Shown: piece after piece, positions 1-11,460 of the stretch | Position numbering within the stretch: position 1 is the first letter of the stretch | Layout: the number at the start of each line of letters is the position of its first letter | Assembly (NCBI GenBank): GCA_964016885.1 | Contig: OZ024746.1 | Location: 63,984,001-64,048,000 of the forward strand | Length of the DNA: 64,000 nucleotides | Source of the DNA: Eledone cirrhosa | Lineage: Eukaryota | Direction: 5' to 3' | Position numbers and translations under genes: made by a program | The notes under the pieces: model-generated | Databases searched by the model: none | Told to the model about the DNA's origin: nothing | What the model saw: the letters and a program-made list of their open reading frames with translations, nothing else

Positions 1-270
1 ACTTTATTTCACATTGCTCCTGTTTACTCAGCTGTAGAAATGAGATGATAGGACTGGGGTCCCTATCATTCCACTGCAAAGTGGTCGTGGAGGTGTCACG
101 GCAAAAAAAGCACCCAGCCCACACTGTAAGGGGGATGTGTAGCACCCAGCACTCAGTGTAAATGAGGTTGGTGTTAGGAAGGGCATCCAGCTGTAGAAAT
201 CAAGCCAGAATCAGTTCCCGTCCCACCCTTGCAAGCAGGGAAAAGCAGACGTAAAATGATGATGATGATC
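1..270 (+). mobile_element. tRNA-derived SINE family A, 3' part (5' end cut by window edge)
   Basis: Matches the reverse complement of the copies at 14.45-14.78, 47.26-47.60 and 58.40-58.72 kb. Ends ...CCCACCCTTGCAAGCAGGGAAAAGCAGACGTAAAA(TGA)n. Confidence 0.85.
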
Positions 271-514
271 ATCATCATATATATATATATATAGGGTCAA
301 GGGGATCTTTTAATGTTGTCAAAGATGTAAGAACAACTCTCGAGCTAATGTCATGATAAAATGCACCCATTACACTCTACACAGTAATTAGTATTAGGAT
401 GAGCCTCCAGCCATAAAAACCATGCCAAAAACAAAATATATGAGCAGGATGTGATTCTCAAATATGTCTAGAAGGACACTAGCTTTGAATAAGCATGGCA
501 AGTGGACATAAAAT

Positions 515-1085
515 TATAATGGTGATACTGATGTTGGTGATGATGATGATGTTGATGATGTTAATGAATCCGATGATAATGATGATGGTGATGATGGTGA
601 TGTTGATGATTATGAATGTGATGATGATCATGATGATGATGAAATTGCTGACGACGACAATGATGATGATGTTGATGTTAACAAATCGAATGATGGTGAT
701 GATGGTGATGACGGTGATGATGATGACAATGATGATTGTGATGATGATGATATTGCTGATATTGCTGCTGATGATGATGATGATGATATTGCTGACAATC
801 ATGATGATGTTGATGACAAAATGATAATCCTGATGATGATGATGATGATGATGATGTTGATGTTAACAAATCCAATGATGGTGATGACGGTGATGATGAT
901 GACAATGATGATCGTGATGATGATGATGATGATGATGATGATATTGCTGATGATGATGATGATGATGATGATGATATTGCTGACAATGATGATGATGTTG
1001 ATGACAAAATGATAATCATGATGACGATGATGATGACAACGGCACTAATAAAGATGAATGATGATGACAATGACAAAAATGATGA
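515..1085. repeat. Degenerate (GAT)n trinucleotide tract with an internal ~185-bp duplication
   Basis: ATG/GAT runs. The block GTTAACAAATC...GACAAAATGATAATC occurs at ~675-830 and ~860-1020. Confidence 0.9.
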
Positions 1086-1095
1086 TTATTAATGC

Positions 1096-1157
1096 ATAAA
1101 GTACCAGTAATGCACTGGGTAATTGCTGGCCTTGTGCCTAAAGTAGAAACAATTATT
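1096..1157 (+). mobile_element. Severely 5'-truncated SINE family B with 19-bp target-site duplication
   Basis: CCAGTAATGCACTGGGTAATTGCTGGCCTTGTGCCTAAAGTAGAAACA lies between two copies of ATTATTAATGCATAAAGTA (1085-1103, 1152-1170). Confidence 0.8.
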
Positions 1158-2118
1158 AATGCATAAAGTATTTGCAGACCTTGATATCATAACAAAGAGA
1201 AAAACTAAAATTGGTTGTCAAAGATTTAACAAGGTTTAATATTCATGAATGTGAGTTGAAAGATATAATATATTACAGGAAGACTCAAGAAACCGTCTTC
1301 TAGAATCTAGAAGATCTTAAGTAGTTTTAGTCTACATGTGCTGAATCCATATCCATAGGTTTTAATGTTAAGTAAATCACATTAAAATATCTAGAATTAA
1401 TAATGTGTACCTTTCTGATGATATTAAAAAGAGCACATGGCATATTTTAGTGTTGGAGACTAAATATAATACCTCTTTCAGAGAAAGTTGATTTAAAAGA
1501 ATATAAATTATTAATATTTTTGTTTTGTTAGTGTGGAGGTAACAGCTGTTTTTTTCATTATGAGCATGTGTGTGTGTTTTTCTTTTTCTTTATTTTTGTC
1601 AATGTCAGAGAGTTAATACAATATTTATGAAATGTCAACAGATTCTTTTCATTTTTGTATCGAAGTCTAGTGTGATTAAATGAGTATTAAGTCTCTTTAG
1701 AAAATGTAGGAATCCCAGTTGATTGCTATAAATAATAGAATAGAAAATTGGGTACAATATCTCTGTGGACAGAAAACATGGCCAATGGCTGATAGAAAGA
1801 ATTAAACTTCTTATCCCTCAAATTCTGGCCGAGTTCTCTAACTACTGAGCTAAGCAACCTCTGACAAAAGATTTCATCTGAATTAGAAAGCTATACAAAG
1901 AGCTTGGATGTAAACAAACTTCTATATAAAGTGTTAAAGTGCTAGGCAATATGAAATGCTTTTTAGAAAATGTAGGAGTCCCAAATGCAGAAAAAACTGT
2001 AACATCAGTTGGTTGCTATAAATGATAGCTTAGAAAATTGGGTAAAATACCTCTATAGACTAAAAAAAGTGGCCAGTAGTTGCTATAAAAGAATTAAACT
2101 CTGCAGCCCTTGAATTTC

Positions 2119-3091
2119 GGATAAATGGTGCTAAATCAAAACTATTGAATGCGGAAGTTGGACTCCACCAAAGGTGCATATTCTTACGTTTGTTCATTAT
2201 TTTCATGAACAGGATTGACATGTGCAGCTGGATTGGAAATGGTATCATGATTGGTGGGTGTAAAATCAATCGGTTGGAATTTGCAGATGGCATGGTGTTA
2301 CTTAACTCAAAGGAAGATGATTGATCCTTGACTTACACTTGATAGGTTTGATACCGAGTGCTGCATGGCTGGAATGAAAATCAGTACTGTAAAAACTGAG
2401 ACACTCATCCACTCAAGGAATCTTGTGCAGTGCACTCTACATGTGAATGGAGTTCCACTGAAGCAGGTGGAAAAGTTTAAATATCTCAGGGTCATATTCA
2501 TGAGTGATGGAACGCAGGAGGCTAAATTAAGTGCAAGAATTGCAAGAGCTGGTGCAGCAATGCATCAGCTTTAGCATTTGGTAATCAGATGAAGGGCGAT
2601 AGTTGTAAAAGCCAAACTTGCTATCTTCAATTTGGTATTCATGCCAACCTTTACCTATGGTCCTAAATCTTGGGTTATGACCGAAAAAATACGATTGCAA
2701 ATACAAGAGGCCAAAATGGGGTTCCTCTGAAAGGTCTTTAGAGTAACGTTACATGATAGAGTGTGTAGCTTGGAGATCAGAGAGTCACTCCAGGTAGAGC
2801 CACTACTTCTCCGAATTGAGAGATCACAACTTCAATACTATGGGCCTGTGGTTAGAATGTCTTAGGAAAGAATCACTGGACAGATTTTATGGGCAAAACC
2901 ATCCAGTAGAAGACCCAGGGGTAGCCTCTGAGCAAGATGGTTGGATAATATCCAAGAGCTCACCTGTCTCCCTTGAGGACCCAGCCAAATCAGTTGGAGA
3001 CGGTTACTTTTGTCATGACCAGCTGGAAGGAGTGTTTGAGGACTCTGACCCCATGACCCTCTCAGGAATAACTGGGAAAAGAAGAAGAACT
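2119..3091 (+). mobile_element. 5'-truncated, decayed RTE-clade LINE (RT C-terminus and thumb)
   Basis: Peptides RLEFADG (degenerate YADD), LKQVEKFKYL..IF.SDG, SWVMTEKIR, EPLLLRIERSQL. (AGA)n tail. 10-bp TSD CTTGAATTTC at 2109-2118 and 3092-3101. Confidence 0.85.
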
Positions 3092-3817
3092 CTTGAATTT
3101 CAGCCAAGTGCTCTAATCATTGAGCTGTGCAGCATCTGACAACAGATTCCATCTGAATTAGAAAGCTATACAACAGCTTAGATGTAAACAAATTCCTCTA
3201 TTGGAGCTTTTATTTATAGCAGTTGACTGTAGTTACAGTTATTTTGCATTTGGGATCACTACATTTTCTAAAAAGAATTTCATATTACCCAGTGATTCGA
3301 TAATTCATATAAAAGTAAAAATATCATTAATTTATTTAATTAATAGTAAAAATTTCAGAGAATAAATATGGAATTAGAAGAGAAGAGAATTAGAGAAGAT
3401 AGTAAAAGTTAGAGTGTTGGAATTAATAAGTCAAATTAGTGCTAACATATCTAATGAAGAAAACATCTTGATGTTAATTAGAAATAACTATATGGTGAGA
3501 AAAAAAACAATATTAATTAATGACTAATGTTTTTTTAATTATTCCATAGATATTTCAGTCAAAATAGGACTTCATAGTAAAACACAGACTCCACTGGTGT
3601 CATGATAAACTACACTTGGTAGGACAATATGGGATCTTATGGAAGCAAGTTGAAGGCTGTTGGCCTGTCTGAGCATTTGGTAAGGTGCAGGAATGTAAGT
3701 GAGGTGCAGGAATGTAAGCGAGATGCAGTCTCCCGTCCTACACTTTGAGTACTAACCTGGTCTGCTGACGACTCATCTAACCCTTGTTAGCACGTAAAGC
3801 AGGGAAAGTAGACATTA

Positions 3818-4362
3818 AATGGTGATAGTGATGATGATGATGATGGTAGTGGTGGTGGTGATGATGGTGGTGGTAGTAGTGGTGATGATGGTGGTGGCGG
3901 TGGTGTTGATAGTGATGATGGTGATGGTGGTGGTGATGATGGGTGGTGATGATGGGTGGTGGTGGTAGTGGTGGTGGTGATGATGGTGGTGGTAGTGGTG
4001 GTAGTGGTGGTGATGGTGGTGGTGTTGATAGTGATGATGATGATGATGGTAGTGGTGGTGGTGATGATGGTGGTGGTAGTAGTGGTGATGATGGTGGTGG
4101 TGTTGATAGTGATGATGGTGATGATGATGATGGTGATGATGGTGGTGATGGTGGTGATGACGGTAGTGGTGGTGGTGATGATGGTGGTGGTAGTGGTGTT
4201 GATGGTGGTGCGGGTAGTGGTGGTGATGGTAGTGGTGGTGATAGTGATGATGATGGTGGTAAGGCTGATGATGGTGGTGATGATGATAGTAGTGGTGGTG
4301 ATGATAGTAATATTGATGTCGATGGTGATGGTGATGGTGACGATGGTGATGATGATGATGAT
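3818..4362. repeat. Mixed (GGT/GAT/AGT)n trinucleotide tract
   Basis: Low-complexity triplets giving spurious His-, Val/Met- and Gly/Asp-rich ORFs. Confidence 0.9.
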
Positions 4363-4824
4363 TAAAAACTATGTTTTTAAGAATTACAAATATTAATTTG
4401 ACACCCCCCCCCCAAAAAAAAAAGAAACAAAAAACCAAAACAAAACAAATAAACAAACAAACAAACAAAATAAATTCGAAAGTAATGGAAGGATGGAAAG
4501 AAATTCGTGCCTAACTAATTTCTACATTTTAAACAGAAACAACATGTAGAATTTTACTGGTTATATGTTGGAGTGGCTGCTAACTAAGTGGAGAATTTCC
4601 CAATGAGTTTAGGGTTTAGCATTATTTCTTTTAGAAACAATTTACTAATATTAGGCACAAAATATAATCAGATATGCTTCAAATTAAATCTATCTCTTAT
4701 TTTATCAACCAAACCCTGAAACACACATTTTCACATATTACATACAGCTTCCTTATAGAGCATACATGTGTTACACATTTACATATTTAATGCAATTCTG
4801 CTATAATGCCAAAATCAGCGACAT

Positions 4825-4945
4825 GCTATCGTATTAATAAAATAAATGATCAACATGTTATTGTATTAATAAAATAAATGAGCTGTATATTATTGTATTA
4901 ATAAAATAAATGACTTGCATGTTATTGTATAAATAAAATAAACAG
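4825..4945. repeat. Short ~34-bp minisatellite, 4 copies
   Basis: TATTGTATTAATAAAATAAATGA-like core repeated. Confidence 0.7.
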
Positions 4946-5439
4946 TATTTATTTAGGCTATGAAGAGGAGGAGCGGGGGCAGTGAGATAAGATCTAACAA
5001 AGGTATATACACATACAAACTGAACGGTCTTTTGTTGTGTAAATGAAATGAATAATATTTATAGCATTAAGCAGTCAGGGAAGGGAAAGTGGGTAGTGGT
5101 GCATGTGAAGTGAAACAAAACAAAGCTATACACACAAATAAACAGATATGTTGTTGTATCAATAAAAATGAATAAGCATTTATAAGCCTGGAAATTGTTT
5201 TACCTCTGAATCAGTACAGAACAAAGGTACACAAGATTTTTATTACCTTTTTTTCTATTTTTTCTATTTTTTGTATTTTTTCCATTTTTTTTGTGAACAA
5301 GGTCCTTGAGTGATTTCTCTCTAATATATTCTAAAAACTCTATTGGAATGAATGCATAGCAGGATTTACTAGCGTGTTTGACATTGGAAGTTCAAGACCT
5401 ACTTATGAATACTTTTTTCCTCCAAGGGTTGATAAAGAA

Positions 5440-5612
5440 GAGAAAATTTCATAGGTTGATTATGAAGGAGTGATGCTAGAGCTGTGAAATCTTGCATGCA
5501 TTAAATAACTGCATTGTTTCTTTCCAGTGACTAAGCTGAAAAATAAACCTCATTTTTGTCATTCTACGAGAGTATCTTGGTCAGCCTATGAACTTTACAG
5601 CTGACCCTCTTT
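5440..5612. mobile_element. Mariner-like MITE
   Basis: Inverted ends ...AAATTTCATAGGTTGA / TCAGCCTATGAACTTT...CCCTC. The same family is at 39925-39960, 40778-40878 and 50158-50315. Confidence 0.65.
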
Positions 5613-5672
5613 AAGTTCAAGACCTACTTGTGAATATCAAGCCTTACATTCCTCTAAGGTTTAATAAATAAT

Positions 5673-5863
5673 TGTTTCTATTTTAGGCACAAGGCCAGCA
5701 ATTACCCAGTACATTACTAGTACTTTATTTTATCGACCCCGTAAGGATGAAAGGCAAAGTTAACCTCGGCAGGATTTGAACTCAGATCATAAAGGGACGT
5801 AACTCTATGCTTCAAAGCATGGTGTCCGACTCTCTACCGATACTGCCAATCCACCGCCCTTTT
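5673..5863 (-). mobile_element. tRNA-derived SINE family B, full length
   Basis: Minus strand GGCGGTGGATTGGCAGTATCGGTAGAG...GAGTTCAAATCC (A/B boxes), central TTTCATCCTTACGGGGTCGATAAAATAAAGTAC. ~15-bp TSD GGTTT(A/G)ATAAATAAT at 5658-5672 and 5864-5878. Confidence 0.85.
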
Positions 5864-6077
5864 GGTTTGATAAATAATGAATCAGTTATTGTTTACAATG
5901 ATGAGCATTCAATTGTTCAATCAACTGGAATAGTCAACTTGAGAAACTGACTGTCATGAACTCCTCTTCAAATAATTACTAGGAGCACAGCCACATCATT
6001 TTGCGTTGATGATGAGAAGATGGATAATGAAGTGTGATGGCAGACTGTGAAGGCAGTGGAAAGAGTTGAAGAAAAAT

Positions 6078-6220
6078 AGTTGTTTCTATTTTTGGCACAA
6101 GACCAGCAATTTTTAAGGAAAGGGGATTAAATCAACCCCAGTGCAATTGCTAGTATTTTCTTTTATCAACTCCATAAAGATGAAAAGCAAAGCTAACCTT
6201 GGTGGGATTTGAACTCAGAA
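6078..6220 (-). mobile_element. SINE family B, truncated
   Basis: Similar to 5673-5790. Confidence 0.7.
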
Positions 6221-6228
6221 TATATATA

Positions 6229-6565
6229 GATATTGTTATACTTTGGGAGGGTCATGTTGCCAATAAGAAACACACGCACCAGTTGTTTTCACTTCAATTT
6301 ATTATAATAAATTTCTAATAAATTTATAAATTTATAAATTTCTAGTTGGTTGGTTGGTTCCACAACTATCTGGTTGTGGAACCAACCAACCAACCAGAAA
6401 TTTATAAATTTATTATAAATTTATTATAATAAATTGAAGTGAAAGCAACTGGTGCGTGTGTTTCTTATTGGCAACATGACCCTCCCAAAGTATAACAATA
6501 TCGGTTTCAACACACGATTTCAGATAAAGAATCTTGCTAAACAAATTCAGAAACGAAATATATAT
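6229..6565. mobile_element. Fold-back Penelope-like (PLE) terminal-repeat fragment, family P2
   Basis: Arms 6229-6366 and ~6372-6502 are near-perfect reverse complements. The same sequence recurs at 53700-54010, where it carries a hammerhead motif. Flanked by TA runs. Confidence 0.7.
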
Positions 6566-7359
6566 AGATATATATCCATTAAATTAAAATGTAAGTGGCT
6601 GAGTATTCCACAGATTCATGTACTCTTAATTTAACCTTCAGAGAGAAAAAGTGACACAATGGGATAAAGCTGGACCTTTGAATTACAAATACAGTCTATC
6701 TTATGAGCTTCCACAGTTTCTGTCTATCCAATTTCTCTCTCTCTCTCTCTCTCTCACATACATACACATATACCCTAATAAGCCAGTCTTAACTCCTTAG
6801 TAGCTGTTCACCCCTCCCCATTCTATCCAAGATAACCTTCTCTCCTCCCTCATATCAACCCTTTAAATTCCAGCACATCCTTTTAATTTCATACATTCTA
6901 TCAAATGCAGATGAGAAGTTGGCATGTTGTTTTTTTTTTTACACAAATGAAAGGGTCCTCCAAATTCCTTGTTTGGCAAGCTTTCTATGACTGGATGACC
7001 TTCCTACCACCAACCACTTCACAGTGTATACTGGGTGAATTTATTGTGTAGATTTCCAACACTACAGAGGTTGTGTCTTAGATAACTAAAGTGTCTTTTC
7101 AACCCTTTTAGGCATGGTTTCTACAGCAGGCTGTCCTTCCTGTCACAACCACCCTTACAGAGTGTACCAGATGCATTTTTGTGGCACCATAACTCGAGAG
7201 GCTGTTGGTCATAGACACAACTGTAGAGCTATCTCTGCTCTGGAGAAGGGGGCAGTAGAAAAAAGAGATATGCATGAAGTTATAGGTGTATATGGTGATT
7301 TGGCAAGGCAATGAGTAGAGGATAAAGGTGGCTGATTAGTATATGTGTGTATTCATTTA

Positions 7360-7470
7360 CAAAGCATTGGTCAGCCTGATGCTTTTCTTAAGGTGCCACA
7401 TGGTGGGATAGAACCCGAAACCACATTGTTACAAAGCAAACTTTTTAACCACACAGCCATGTCTGCACAT
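7360..7470 (-). mobile_element. Degenerate tRNA-SINE head
   Basis: Minus strand GCAGACATGGCTGTGTGGTTAAAAAG...GGTTCTATCCC, resembling A/B boxes. Confidence 0.55.
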
Positions 7471-8861
7471 AAAAGGAAATAACAGAGTTATTTGTAGGTT
7501 TTGTTTCTGAGTATTGGTGCTGGTGAATTAAGTGGGGAGATTATAGTAAAATATACAAGTAAAGTTAGTCTAATAATGACTAAGGCCTTTCATGATCACA
7601 TCAAGACTATATTTTGTTATATCATAAAGAGTATATAGTTATAAAACTGAGTGAAAGTTGGCGGTGGTTATGGAATAGTTATTGAAGCAATTTGGTATGA
7701 GTAAGAATCCAGTTCAATAAGGCAACTTGACTTCTTAACATAATTATTTTAAAAAAAAATATATATATTTTTTTTATTTGTGTTGAAGTATCAATTGAGA
7801 AATCAATGTAAACTACAAATCTAAATATGTGATATCTAATATTATCTAAACATTTGATATCCAAGGTCTATCTAATCACATATTTTTCCAATCAATAATC
7901 AATGTCAAATTAACTGTGACATTATGTTGATGTATATACATCCCTCACTTTTTGTTTTGCAATAACTCATCCAAAACACTACCAGCCTTATAGGTGCCAT
8001 ATCAATTTAATTTATCAACACTTAAACATTGTAGCTATGATAACATAGCTGCTTAATTAATTCATCAATCAATCAATTGATTTCTGAGTCAATTCAATGC
8101 TGTATATAAATTTTTGTAAAAAGTGTTTCTATTTAATTAAAAAAATTATTGTTAGAACTGACAAATAAATAAATAAATCTTTCTCTTGTTTATAGTTTTT
8201 AAGATGAGAATGTTTTAAAAGCAAATATCCAGGCCATTGATTTCTGAGTTGAGTTTGCACCACATACACTTTATAAGTCCTATATTATTTACTTATTCAC
8301 AAAAACAAAGCTTATCAACCAAAATTGGATGATTTGCAGAGAATGAAAATGGTGGTGTTTTTATTATTGTTAAATAAATAAAGTTTTGAAGTCTAAACAT
8401 ATAAATATAGAACTTCAGTTTCAGACACAACTAGCACCAGAATTCTTATAAATAATCACTCTAAATATGAATGGTAAATAAGTTTCTTCTTGGAAATTTG
8501 TAAGATAAGATCAGCTGATTGCAAAATTGGGAATATATTCTCTTTTCCTCAATTTCTATTTTTGTTTGAAGTTACCCCAGAGGAAATGAACTTTTGAAGT
8601 AAATGAAAACTTATGGCTACATTATTGCTTTTCAGATGCAATGATTTAAAACCAATAGTTGTGCAACAGAAAATTTAACATACATGTAAAGTAGTTGACA
8701 AAATTACATACATTTTTTTTTTCATATAAAATATGTCTTTGAATTATGTGTCTCTCATAAAGCTATTGTGTTTTATTCCTTTCCCCTCTGATGCACCTCC
8801 TGTCCAACACCTGCTTAGAAACATGGAAAGCTGGACATGCTCTATCTCTGTTCTTCCTAAG

Positions 8862-9430
8862 TCCTGCCACCATGATGAAAAGCACTTGGGCCACCCTGTA
8901 AGATGGTTGTACTGATGACAACAAAAAGTACCCAGTCTACCCTGTAAGGCAGTCATGCTGGTGACATAAGAAAAAGCATCCATTCAACTCTGTAAAGGGG
9001 TTGTGCTGGTGACACAACAGAAAGCACTCAGTCCACCCTGTAGATGGTCATGTTCAAGACACAACAAAATAAAACTCAGCCCACACTGGTAGTACCACAA
9101 TGAAAAAACACCCAGTTCACCCTGTAAGATGGTCATGTTAGTGACTTAACAAAAAGTACCATCTCTATCTGATGGTTGTGCTGGTACCATGGTGAAAAAG
9201 CATCCAGCCCACCCTCTCAGGTGGTCATTTTGGTTCAATGATAAAAAGCAGCCAGTTCACCCTGTAATGTGGTTGCTGTTAGGAAGGACATCCTGTGGAA
9301 GAAACCAGCCCAGAAACAGTTCTGTAAAACATAGTCCTCTCACCTGATTTGTTTCATAATGTGACAACCCATCTAATTTTTGCTAGCATGGAAAATAAAT
9401 ATTAAACAGTGATGATGATGATGATATGAT
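8862..9430 (+). repeat. Tandem expansion (~9 units of ~45-50 bp) of the SINE/RTE 3'-tail subrepeat, ending in a SINE-type tail
   Basis: Repeated GGTCATGCTGGTGACA..AAAAAGCACCCAG..CACCCTGTAA, then TTAGGAAGGACATCC...GCTAGCATGGAAA...(GAT)n. Confidence 0.65.
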
Positions 9431-10679
9431 GACAAAAATGATGATGATAACAATGATTATGGTGATGATGATTATGGAGGTTAAGCAAATCTTGTTTTAG
9501 CACTTTAATATAAAAAATATATAAAAAAGTATTAAATTTGAGTATAATTCTAGGAAAGAATGCAAACTAATTATTTTCTGATTGGTTGTTACCCTATAGC
9601 TGAAGCCGTTTAACATTCTTTTCAAATATTTTCTAGAAAGTCTTACTATCATGTGACGACAAAAGAGTAAGGACAATTTAACAATAGTGTAGATTAAAAT
9701 TTGGCATTCTAACAGTTTGGTGTACCATTGTTGGTCTACCATTTTAAAGGACCACATACTTTCTTCAACTTTATTTTATTCAACTCTAGGGAATAAAAAG
9801 GTCAATTCTTTACTCATTCCCTTCTTGAAGATTCTCTAAATCAATGTTTTCAAACTCATAGGTTGAAGTGTAATTCTAAAAGAGCTGAGAAGGCAAAATC
9901 TTATACTTATGAAATATTGATGCAAAATGTTCATGAATATTTTATATAACAAGCCATAGGCATAAGAACTAGAACAACATTTACTGCAAATAAAAACTTC
10001 AGAAAATTTCTCAAAAAACAAGTATGAAATGCTAATTTTATGAAATTTTTGGAAAATTATTTTTTATCTAAATATTACAAAAAAAGTCATGGAGGTTTTT
10101 TGTTATTGATTTCCGAAAATGAGTTACAATGGCAAAAGAGAACTAATGCTTTAAATTAAGGCCCTCACACATAACAGGTGTGAGGACTCATCACTTCTAG
10201 AGATCTTATTTCAAAGCCTATGTGTTGTTTAATGAAACCAGCTCATTTTAAAGAATACATAAAGCTTCTTTATTTTTTTTAGAATAAAAAAAATACTTTT
10301 ATTATGAACATTTGTTGATTTTAAGAAACAAACAAAAAGTCTTTAACACTTTAGCATTTATATTACTCTATATATACTATTGTAATTTTGGGTAAAGGCT
10401 TTATCTTGCATAATTATCTCACATAATATTGAATCTATGAGATTTCAATGTTATTTTGAGAACAATACATTAATGTCAGTATGAGCAGCCAGTTACAGCC
10501 TGTTTGGACAGAAAGAGATGAGAGAAATTTGATACAAGATCACTAATTTTTTAGATAAGTATCAACTATGGCATCAGGCCCTCAAAGACTTGTTCTGTTG
10601 TAGGGGGTACCATTTTGAATTATGGCATGTCCTGGATATTTTAAACCCGAGATTGGAGGCAGTCATCCCTTTTCAGTAT

Positions 10680-11460
10680 GCACTCCAGTGTAGCCATCTT
10701 GGTGCTGACCAATATGTCAACTGAAATCGTCCACGACGTTAATAAGGTCTCTGTTTTCTGTTATTGAAATAGTCTGGAAGTGATCCTCTTAGAAACAGTC
10801 TTTCTCTTTTTTACTTAGTCCTGATTGTGGTGTATACGTGAAGATAACAGTTATCATTCTATCTGCTATTCTGATCTTGATAATTCTGTCAATATTTTAA
10901 TTATCATATTTCCTGGCATCGAAGATGTTTCATCCTCGAGGATGACCCAAACATTTGAAAAAAAAACAAACTAATAATTTGAGAAAAAAAAAAATAATAA
11001 TTTGGAAAAAAAAATAATTGTTTCTACTTTTGGCACAAGGCCAGCAATTACCCAGTACATTACTGGTACTTTATTTTATCGACCCCGTAAGGATGAAAGG
11101 CAAAGTTAACCTCGGCGGGATTTGAACTCAGAATGGCAAAAAAATAATAAACAACCTTTGGCCTCCAGGATGCATGGTAGATTTTTGAGACATATTTTAG
11201 GAAAAAAGTAGCGTCTTCAACGCCAGGAAATACGGCACCTCAATTACTTTGTCTTTCCACTTCTCTGCTAGTAAAATGCCTACACCATTACCATTACCTA
11301 TCCAGAAGATCTTATAACTATACGGTTTGTCTGTGGGTAGTGTGGCTGATGCATCTTTCCACCTCACAGCACATGTCTACTCATATCCTCTCAAAGATCT
11401 CCCCAATTTCACTCCATCTCCCTTTCAATGTGCCAACATTAAATGTGGCAGCCCTGAATT
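10680..11460 (-). mobile_element. Decayed RTE LINE apurinic endonuclease domain, interrupted by a MITE
   Basis: Minus-strand peptides ATFNVGTLKGR, YKIFWIGNGNGVGILLAEKWKDKVIE, DRIIKIRI..FTYTPQSGL..KEKDCF, DFS*HIGQH (GDFNGHVG-like), with stops. Confidence 0.8.
10904..11235. mobile_element. Tc1/mariner-pogo-type MITE containing a SINE-B fragment (~11015-11135)
   Basis: Imperfect TIRs TCATATTTCCTGGCATCGAAGATG and CGTCTTCAACGCCAGGAAATACGG, flanked by TA and CA. Interrupts the RTE endonuclease. Confidence 0.7.

Noticed and set aside
479-1076. Met-, Ile-, Ser- and His-rich ORFs
   Set aside because: Translations of a (GAT)n microsatellite; open in several frames on both strands with no unique sequence.
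3815-4468. His-rich or Gly/Asp-rich protein (beak- or biomineral-like)
   Set aside because: Irregular GGT/GAT microsatellite with no signal peptide or splice support; similar tracts recur in the window.
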